A stretch of 32,000 bases of DNA, from assembly GCA_030149205.1 (NCBI GenBank), contig JASBSB010000006.1, forward strand, positions 240,001 to 272,000, read 5' to 3'. Under the pieces are notes generated by a model. It ran no database searches. It saw nothing but the letters and a program-made list of their open reading frames with translations, and was not told the origin of the DNA. The stretch is from Candidatus Heimdallarchaeota archaeon (GTDB lineage: Archaea; Asgardarchaeota; Heimdallarchaeia; Heimdallarchaeales; Kariarchaeaceae). Every line of letters starts with the position of its first letter. Positions within the stretch are counted from its first letter, which is position 1. A program made the position numbers and the translations under genes. Shown in pieces: positions 25,736 to 32,000 of the stretch.

Positions 25736-26653
25736 TTAAATATCTTTGTTGATATTTTCTGTAGATGGTTTTCCGTTTTCCTCAAAGGGTAACCACAGCT
25801 TCTTTATTCTTACCTTCCCAGGAGAACGCTGATTTAACAGTTCATATAACCTTAGATAGATAAATCGGAGAGACTCCACATCCAACCGGTTATACAAAAC
25901 TAGCAGGTCTTTAAGTTCTCTAGTTAAGAGCCTCTGCTCGTATAGCATCCCAAAAAGGTAGCCAAGATGAATGTTTGTCTTTTTCTTATTGATTGGACGT
26001 CTGTATTGTACCTGAGGGAGAGCATCTACCACCTCGGAATTAATTAGCAGAGATTCAAAATCAGGATAGCCTAAAAAATGTGAAAGTTTTTTGACACTAA
26101 ATCCCACAGGAGAAACAAGAGATTTTCTGAATAGCTTTAATAGATCTATAGATTGGTAAAGATTCTTAAAATCGGGGATGCTATCACGGGTCAGATCAAC
26201 CAGTCTCTTGAAATCATAATCTGTGCCAGAGGAGGCAACGATTATTGATTTGTCTTCATCCTTGAGATAAGTGCCGACTTTATTTTTAAAGCTTGAGAAC
26301 TTGTTTTTATAAACTGAATAAGGTTTATTTGTGCTGTCAGAAAAAGTAACCAAGAATGGTCTGTAAGTTTTTGAAGGTTCAGCCTCTATATCACAGAAGA
26401 TGATTTGGTCTGGTGGAGGGAGTGTTACAGGACTCTTTAAGAGGAAAGATTTTTCGAAATACAATTGGACGTTTTGTTGAATTGAGATTGCTGCAAATTG
26501 GTTATTCGAATTAAAAATAATCTCATCTATGCGGTCAACTGAGATTTCACGAAGTTGATGTAGATCCGTAATCCCTGCTGTGGACAAAGCCTTAGCCCCT
26601 TTACTTGAGATCCCGTCGATCTGTTCTAAATCTGCAAAGGTCTTTGTTTCCAT
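25736..26653 (-). CDS. Helix-hairpin-helix + YprB-like RNase H-fold (DEDDy) 3'-5' exonuclease
   Basis: HhH: LEQIDGISSKGAKALSTAGI. ExoI CDIE, ExoII GTDYDF, IDLLK, FSVKKLSHFLG, ExoIII YNRLDV. Confidence 0.75.
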   Translation of the reverse strand: METKTFADLEQIDGISSKGAKALSTAGITDLHQLREISVDRIDEIIFNSNNQFAAISIQQNVQLYFEKSFLLKSPVTLPPPDQIIFCDIEAEPSKTYRPFLVTFSDSTNKPYSVYKNKFSSFKNKVGTYLKDEDKSIIVASSGTDYDFKRLVDLTRDSIPDFKNLYQSIDLLKLFRKSLVSPVGFSVKKLSHFLGYPDFESLLINSEVVDALPQVQYRRPINKKKTNIHLGYLFGMLYEQRLLTRELKDLLVLYNRLDVESLRFIYLRLYELLNQRSPGKVRIKKLWLPFEENGKPSTENINKDI

Positions 26654-26705
26654 AATTGAACTCCTACCTTAAATTAAATAATGTTTGTCGTAATTCTCAA
26701 TCAAT

Positions 26706-27836
26706 TCAAAACGGAAAGTATCTTCTTTTTCTTAGATACTCTAAATTCACTCCAAATGTTACAGATATTTGGTTTAGGATCTCATCTAAATACTCACCTG
26801 AGAGTTTAGCCCTCTCATCTGATTCTATGATGAACGAGGGTAAAGCAACGCCTAACCCATGTTGAGTAGTAACATAAAGAACAGACAACATAATCGGAAG
26901 AAGCTCCTGAAACCAGTTCCTCTCTGGATATGCTAGGAGCTCTGTTTTAATTGCTGTGTCTTCATTCAATTTAATCAGGCTTACCCAAACCTCTACTGGA
27001 GGATGAGAGGGAACCCAACTTGGAGCTGAGCTTCGATACCATGCAGTTCTACTAGAATTCTTTAGAATAAGTGTTGCTAACTCAGAATCCAAAATGTTTG
27101 TCATAATTGCCCGATAGCCTTTAATGAGTACAGTATCAATAGATTTTGCTCGTATCCATTGGACTATGGTTTCAACTAAATTTTTGCTGAAATCTCTAGA
27201 CCTAGTGTCTTTGATAACACCAATTAGAAGAGTCTCAGATTCAAAGGCATACATTACTAATCGGTTATAGACAGACTTAACTTCATCAATCATCTGTGAA
27301 ATTAATTTTGTTTGATTTGGGTTTTGAAAATCTGTACTATGTGGGTGAACCGAGCCATCAATAAAGAAAATTTTTGGCCCATAGACCTTGATGGAGTGAT
27401 AAGCTGCCAAATATTCGTCTCTTAGTCTGAGCAATGTTGCAAGTCTGTTTAAATCATGTCTGCTATTCAGAGAGGGTGTCAAAAACACATTTGGTGAGGG
27501 ATCAAAGTTTGGATAGTATTTTACATCAACGTTCTCCCCAATACCTGAAAACACAGGTGAAACAGCTCTAGAAATTACCAGGTCAAACCCTCTCAGTTCT
27601 TCGGTAATAAGGCCACCATCCACAGCCCCAATCTTAACAAATCTTACGGGTATTGGTTCGAGAGGGACAACTATTTGTTCGTCAACCCAGAGGTCTTGCG
27701 GAAGACTTGGAAGTTCAGGGATTACCTGCTGCCATTTGGTCAGCCATTGTCTCTGCTCAGTTAATCTCTGCTGTTCTTTCTTAAGAATATCAGCTAGTTT
27801 TTGATCAAAGAAATCTGAAATGGTAACCTTCTCCAT
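26706..27836 (-). CDS. nurA: DNA double-strand break repair nuclease NurA
   Basis: GAVDGG, FFIDGS, IGVIKD and C-terminal LPSFIIESDERAKL (the P..l..a[HD]..aki motif). Confidence 0.85.
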   Translation of the reverse strand: MEKVTISDFFDQKLADILKKEQQRLTEQRQWLTKWQQVIPELPSLPQDLWVDEQIVVPLEPIPVRFVKIGAVDGGLITEELRGFDLVISRAVSPVFSGIGENVDVKYYPNFDPSPNVFLTPSLNSRHDLNRLATLLRLRDEYLAAYHSIKVYGPKIFFIDGSVHPHSTDFQNPNQTKLISQMIDEVKSVYNRLVMYAFESETLLIGVIKDTRSRDFSKNLVETIVQWIRAKSIDTVLIKGYRAIMTNILDSELATLILKNSSRTAWYRSSAPSWVPSHPPVEVWVSLIKLNEDTAIKTELLAYPERNWFQELLPIMLSVLYVTTQHGLGVALPSFIIESDERAKLSGEYLDEILNQISVTFGVNLEYLRKRRYFPF

Positions 27837-27890
27837 ACATTGTATACTTGAATACTATATTTAACCTCCCTTGATTTTGATAAGTCATGC

Positions 27891-29804
27891 TTACTTTACT
27901 CTTTTAAATTTTCTGCGTCGTTTTTCTCGGAGCTCTTGTGCATCGATAAATTGCCTTGATCTAAGAATTATCTCAGAAGCAACATTTTGAGGAATTTTAA
28001 ATCTCTGAGAGAGGGTTTCTGAACTCTCTTTTGCAATGTTAGAAAGAGACTTGTATTCCTTCATAAGGATTGACTTCCTTTTTTCTCCAACCCCTGAAAT
28101 TTCATCAAGAAGTGTTTTTAAGCCATCTTTCATTCGGCGTTTTCGTTGATAGGTTACTGCAAATCTGTGTGCCTCATCTCTACCTGCTCTTACCAAAAGC
28201 ATCCCTGGTCTATTTTTATCAAACTGAATTGGTTCCTCCAAATTTGGTCTGTAGACCTCTTCAAGTTTTTTGGCTAGACCGATAACTGGAATACTAAGCC
28301 CTAGCTCATCAAGTGCTGTCTTTGCCCTTTTCAACTGCTCTCTCCCTCCATCTATTACAATTAGATTTGGGAGCGTCAATCCGAACTTATCCAAAGAATC
28401 TATCCAGTCACTGTACCGCCTATAAACTACCTCATACATAGATGCAAAATCATCCTGACCTTCTACAGTTCTGACCTTAAATCTCCGATATCCTTTCTTG
28501 AATGGCTTACCATGAACAAATCTTACTGATGATCCAACGTTATTTGTTCCCATGAGAGTTGAAATATCAAAAGTATCAATTATGACAGGGGGCTCATCTA
28601 GAGTTAAAATCTTTTGAAGGTCAAGAACTTGATTGGAAAAAGTTTTGGCCATTGCAAAATCACTCTTCTTTCCTAACATCACCTTTCTTCGAATAAATTG
28701 CTTGAGGTTCTGTTCCAACAGTACAACTACCTGTTTTTGATTTGCCTGCCTGTGAACAACCCGATATCCTATCTCATTCAGTATTCCATCCATACTGTCA
28801 AAGTTTGTTGCGTTCAGGACTCTGTTGAACCGATATCGCTTAGGGTCACGGCCAATAATACTAAGCGTTGTAGATAAGACAAAATCCAAGTAAATATCTC
28901 CATCAGAGCTCTCAGATTCTAGCTCTTCGATCGATATAAAAACAGGGTTTTGTTGAACCAAGTGGTTGTTTTCGACTCTTGCTACATTTACACCAAAATA
29001 TGTTTCATTTTTGTAGATTACAACTATGAAAGTGTCAGGAGAATCAATAATGACAGCCTGTTTTTCTAATGTCCTATTTAGAGACTTGAGAAGATCACGA
29101 TACTCAGCAGCTCTCTCAAACTCTAGTACATCGGCAGACTCTTTCATCAGATTTTCAACCTCCTTTTGTACTTCAGGTAGCCTACCGTCCAGAAAATTGG
29201 TTACCGCATTTATCTGTTCTCTGTAATCAACTGGATTAATGGGAACCTCACATGGTTTTAAACATTGATTGGTTCGCCTTCTAATGCATGTTTTTGCCCA
29301 GGTTTTTGCATCTCCAAGATGTATCTCATGATCACAATTTGCTACAGGAAATGTTTGCAGTATGTACTTAATGGATCTTCGAACTGCACCCACATCACTA
29401 AAAGGGCCAAGATACACCGATTCTTTGTTCTCTGTTTCTCTTGTGACAATCACTCTAGGGAATTTTTCTCCAGTTGTTATCTCTACAAAGGGGTAGGTTT
29501 TGCCATCTCTCCATTTTGAATTGATTGAAGGTTTGTGCTCTTGGATTAGATTGTATTCAAGCAGGAGTGCTTCTTTCTCAGAGCTAACCTCTACTACCTC
29601 TATATCTTTCCCCTTTTCTCTTATTACACGTGATGCAGCAAAATCATTTGAGGGGGTAAAATGGTTTCTTAACCTATTCCGAAGATTCTTTGCCTTACCT
29701 ACATATATAATTCTTCCATACTCATCTTTTATCATGTAGACCCCTGGGTTAGTTGACATGCTTTTCAAGAGCTTCTCAATTCGGGGAAGACGAACCTCCA
29801 TCAT
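27891..29804 (-). CDS. uvrC: Excinuclease ABC subunit C
   Basis: GIY-YIG (PGVY..KD..IIYVGKAKNLRNRL), YLGPF, four-Cys region, UVR domain (LEFERAAEYRD), RNase H domain (FDISTL, DDFASM, IDGG, GLAK, RDEAHRFA) and HhH (ISGVGEKR). Confidence 0.97.
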   Translation of the reverse strand: MMEVRLPRIEKLLKSMSTNPGVYMIKDEYGRIIYVGKAKNLRNRLRNHFTPSNDFAASRVIREKGKDIEVVEVSSEKEALLLEYNLIQEHKPSINSKWRDGKTYPFVEITTGEKFPRVIVTRETENKESVYLGPFSDVGAVRRSIKYILQTFPVANCDHEIHLGDAKTWAKTCIRRRTNQCLKPCEVPINPVDYREQINAVTNFLDGRLPEVQKEVENLMKESADVLEFERAAEYRDLLKSLNRTLEKQAVIIDSPDTFIVVIYKNETYFGVNVARVENNHLVQQNPVFISIEELESESSDGDIYLDFVLSTTLSIIGRDPKRYRFNRVLNATNFDSMDGILNEIGYRVVHRQANQKQVVVLLEQNLKQFIRRKVMLGKKSDFAMAKTFSNQVLDLQKILTLDEPPVIIDTFDISTLMGTNNVGSSVRFVHGKPFKKGYRRFKVRTVEGQDDFASMYEVVYRRYSDWIDSLDKFGLTLPNLIVIDGGREQLKRAKTALDELGLSIPVIGLAKKLEEVYRPNLEEPIQFDKNRPGMLLVRAGRDEAHRFAVTYQRKRRMKDGLKTLLDEISGVGEKRKSILMKEYKSLSNIAKESSETLSQRFKIPQNVASEIILRSRQFIDAQELREKRRRKFKRVK

Positions 29805-29954
29805 TTATTCTTAGATTTCAAATACATAAATTAGTTTGGATTTACTCCACCTCTAAAAATTATTCATCACTTTTTGACTTTTGTGAGTACCTAAAGAAAG
29901 TCATAAAAACAAATTTGGTGACTTAAGGTTATCCTATTGAAGGACTAAAGTATT

Positions 29955-30057
29955 GACACGGTTCTAGAGCCTGGTACTAGGCTGGACTGCTAATCCAGTG
30001 CCATTTTGGCGCGCGGGTTCAAAAGGATCCCTGATCCTGAAATTCCCGCCCGTGTCA
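29955..30057 (+). tRNA. tRNA-Ser (GCT) with a 20-nt intron at position 59/60 (30024-30043)
   Basis: GACACGG/CCGTGTC acceptor stem, CTAG/CTAG D-stem, CTGGA-CTGCTAA-TCCAG anticodon arm, long variable arm GCCA/TGGC and T-stem GCGGG/CCCGC. The 27-nt T-loop collapses to TTCAAAT after removing a BHB-bounded intron. Confidence 0.92.
30024..30043 (+). other. Archaeal tRNA intron with strict bulge-helix-bulge motif
   Basis: Central helix TTCA(30018-21)/TGAA(30038-41), 3-nt bulges AAA(30022-24) and ATT(30042-44), inner stem GGATC/GATCC. Confidence 0.9.
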
Positions 30058-30086
30058 TCGTTTTTGTTTTAACTCAAATTCATTTT

Positions 30087-30431
30087 TTATTTGATTTCAT
30101 ACTGCTCAAATTTATCAAGATATCTTTCATCTCTGAGAATGAGAATATCATCTGATTTATCTGCTGTCTCCTTATCATTTATAATTCCCACAATCTTCTT
30201 CTCAGTGATCAACTTCAAAATTCCGGAGGTAATCTTCTCAAAATCCATGTTGATTTTGTCACTTAGCTTTGTAAACTCGATTTCGTTGCCTAACTCATTT
30301 TTTAGACTTAGAATGGTAGAATGTAGCTCACTTAGTTCATCCTCACTCACTTCTGGCAAACTTCCACTCTCCACGGTCTCTTTAGCCTTTGTGTATATAT
30401 TCTTTATTGATTCGGGATCTTCAAATGACAT
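30087..30431 (-). CDS. Small hypothetical protein with PCI-like winged-helix pattern
   Basis: EIEFTKLSDKINMDFEKITSGILKLITEKKIVGIIND fits the i.l..la..l.l....ve..l..li..g.i.g.id winged-helix pattern. Confidence 0.5.
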   Translation of the reverse strand: MSFEDPESIKNIYTKAKETVESGSLPEVSEDELSELHSTILSLKNELGNEIEFTKLSDKINMDFEKITSGILKLITEKKIVGIINDKETADKSDDILILRDERYLDKFEQYEIK

Positions 30432-30578
30432 TTGATAATTATTATATAATTCTCGTAATAAAGGTTTTTCTCGAAAAAATTATTTATACGCAAATTATTC
30501 GGAAAGATACTGATAATTTACTTTCAAACACCTCTGTTCTTTTTTAAATATCAGATTGTTAGAAAAAAGGTGTTCACA

Positions 30579-32000
30579 ATGAGTTTGGGTACAGTAATTG
30601 CAACTGAGTTTGGTCCGACTCCAACTTTATTTCAGTTTGTCATCTCTTTAGAAGAAGCAAGAAGAATCGCTGAAACTGGATTGTTCATCCAAGTGAAAAA
30701 TGATGATGGGCATATTACATTAGGGGTTATCCAAAACCTAAGAAGAACCAACAGATACTTTTCCTCACCTGATGTTATTCATGGTACCTCGACCAATTTT
30801 AAACCACCTCAATTGTTTCCATCAGAAAAATGGGATTATCTAATTGCTGAATGTAAGGTTTTAGGAACTTTTGAAAATAACTTAAACTCAAGATCAACAA
30901 AACCTGTGACTCCAGGTTCTGAGGTCACGTTAACTGATTCCATGCTTCTCCGCCGGTTTTTAGGGTTAGATATATCCCAAGGAATACAACTTGGAAAAAT
31001 TAAACAGATGGATCTTGATGTACAAATCAATTTAGACAGGTTATTACAAAAACATCTTGCAATCCTTAGTATATCAGGAGGAGGAAAATCTTATACGACT
31101 TCGGTCTTGATTGAGGAGTTACTGAAACGACCAAAAAACATCGGAAGACCAGCAATAGTCCTTTTTGATGTCCATGGAGAGTATTCACAACTCACTGAAC
31201 TCTCAAGACTCAAAGAGTTTAAGCATGCAGAGGTTAATCTAATTCGAGCAGACTCAATTAAAATTAATGCTTCAATGTTATCCTCTAGAGATTTTGCCAC
31301 ATTACAGCCTTCAATGAGTCATGCACAACAAAGAGAACTAAGTGCCATCATCAGTGAACTTAAGCACAAAAAACAAAAAATTACAATAGGAGCCATCAAA
31401 AACCTGTTAATTTCTAAAGAAATAAATCAAATGGTAAAAGAAGCGTTGGTTGGTTGGTTAACTGTTCTTGAAAACTCTAACCTATTTAGCTACTATGAAA
31501 GTCCAAATCTTCAGGAAGAGGTGGTTCCCGGGTCTTTGACAATAATTGATCTTTCTCCAATCATCTCATTGTGGTCCAAACAGGTAATCGTATATTATTT
31601 TTTAAACAGAATTTTCAACTTAAGAAGAGTTAAAGATATTCCCCCTGTAATCACATTAATTGAGGAAGCACACCAATTCTGCCCCGAACAAACAACAAGT
31701 CCAACGAAGAAGATCATTGAGACGATTGCCAGAGAGGGGAGAAAATTCCTGACATCTTTGGTGCTGATTTCCCAAAGACCCGTGAATCTTTCTACCACAG
31801 CACTCTCTCAATGTAATTCCCATTTGATTATGAGAATATTGAACCCACATGATTTAAATTACATTGCCAAAACCTCAGAGGGAATAACTACTGAAACATT
31901 GCAGACAATTACATCATTAGGTGTCGGAGAGGGTTTGCTAGCAGGTAATGCGACGAACTATCCCATTTTTCTGCAAATCAGAGAGAAGATGCTTCAGACC
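30579..32000 (+). CDS. herA: HerA helicase/ATPase (runs off the window end; absent from the ORF track)
   Basis: Translated by hand from ATG 30579 (MSLGTVIATEFGPTP...). HAS-barrel-like N-terminus, KHLAILSISGGGKSYT (Walker A), LFDVHGEY, LIEEAHQF (Walker B), IAREGRKF, LISQRP, SQCNS. Confidence 0.92.
   Translation, partial: MSLGTVIATEFGPTPTLFQFVISLEEARRIAETGLFIQVKNDDGHITLGVIQNLRRTNRYFSSPDVIHGTSTNFKPPQLFPSEKWDYLIAECKVLGTFENNLNSRSTKPVTPGSEVTLTDSMLLRRFLGLDISQGIQLGKIKQMDLDVQINLDRLLQKHLAILSISGGGKSYTTSVLIEELLKRPKNIGRPAIVLFDVHGEYSQLTELSRLKEFKHAEVNLIRADSIKINASMLSSRDFATLQPSMSHAQQRELSAIISELKHKKQKITIGAIKNLLISKEINQMVKEALVGWLTVLENSNLFSYYESPNLQEEVVPGSLTIIDLSPIISLWSKQVIVYYFLNRIFNLRRVKDIPPVITLIEEAHQFCPEQTTSPTKKIIETIAREGRKFLTSLVLISQRPVNLSTTALSQCNSHLIMRILNPHDLNYIAKTSEGITTETLQTITSLGVGEGLLAGNATNYPIFLQIREKMLQT

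Noticed and set aside
29988-29990. Idea that AGY codons are reassigned to Leu because tRNA(GCT) has Leu-like A73
   Set aside because: AGY codons sit at conserved Ser positions in this window: AGT 7443-7445 in PyrD GGFSG, AGC 12676-12678 in SurE PSLALS, and AGC in Kae1 ESSAD.
29955-30057. Possible tRNA-Sec or tRNA-Pyl, given the long variable arm and unusual D-arm
   Set aside because: The anticodon is GCT and the acceptor + T stems are the standard 7+5 bp.
27891-30057. uvrC as part of an island integrated at tRNA-Ser
   Set aside because: No integrase, and I did not spot a duplicated tRNA 3' end (CCCGCCCGTGTCA) in the window by eye. An exact-match search of the flanking sequence would be needed to reopen this.
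551-31850. Short antisense or nested ORFs in the track (e.g. 551-754, 2210-2401, 2925-3173, 7004-7366, 9943-10269, 12854-13171, 16379-16696, 26656-26865, 30091-30435, 30836-31850)
   Set aside because: They lie opposite or inside well-supported genes, have no recognisable motifs and show typical shadow-frame composition.
1-32000. CRISPR array, IS element, integrase or prophage
   Set aside because: I saw no regularly spaced direct repeats, terminal inverted repeats, or transposase/integrase/capsid motifs.

Overview
An AT-rich, gene-dense archaeal chromosomal window with no mobile element, CRISPR array or rRNA that I can support. Archaeal markers are Kae1, a geranylgeranyl reductase, NurA, HerA, a CofE-family ligase and a tRNA intron with a bulge-helix-bulge (BHB) motif. 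A Rab-like GTPase plus candidate C2 and PCI-type domains suggest an Asgard archaeon, possibly Heimdallarchaeia-like (inference). Most genes are housekeeping: bcp, PduO-type adenosyltransferase, ferredoxin, kae1, GGR, cofE-like/folP, pyrD, surE, M32 carboxypeptidase, methyltransferase, nnrE, pyrG, uvrC, nurA and a 3'-truncated herA that is missing from the ORF track. I found two tRNAs by hand: an initiator tRNA-Met(CAT) with a bulged T-stem, and tRNA-Ser(GCT) with a 20-nt intron in the T-loop (position 59/60) forming a perfect BHB. The most system-like candidate is a co-oriented trio at 16937-21958: a Rab-like GTPase, a 1314-aa protein that looks like wHTH + catalytically dead STAND/AAA+ NTPase + helical solenoid, and a LysW-like Zn-ribbon protein with a very acidic tail. 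Other leads are a membrane-anchored SepF-like protein, a stand-alone C2-like protein, a PCI-like winged-helix protein, a PC4-like protein, an orphan HPt protein, a CofE-family gene coupled to folP, and a split nurA/herA repair cluster. All protein calls come from motif recognition by eye; no database searches were run.
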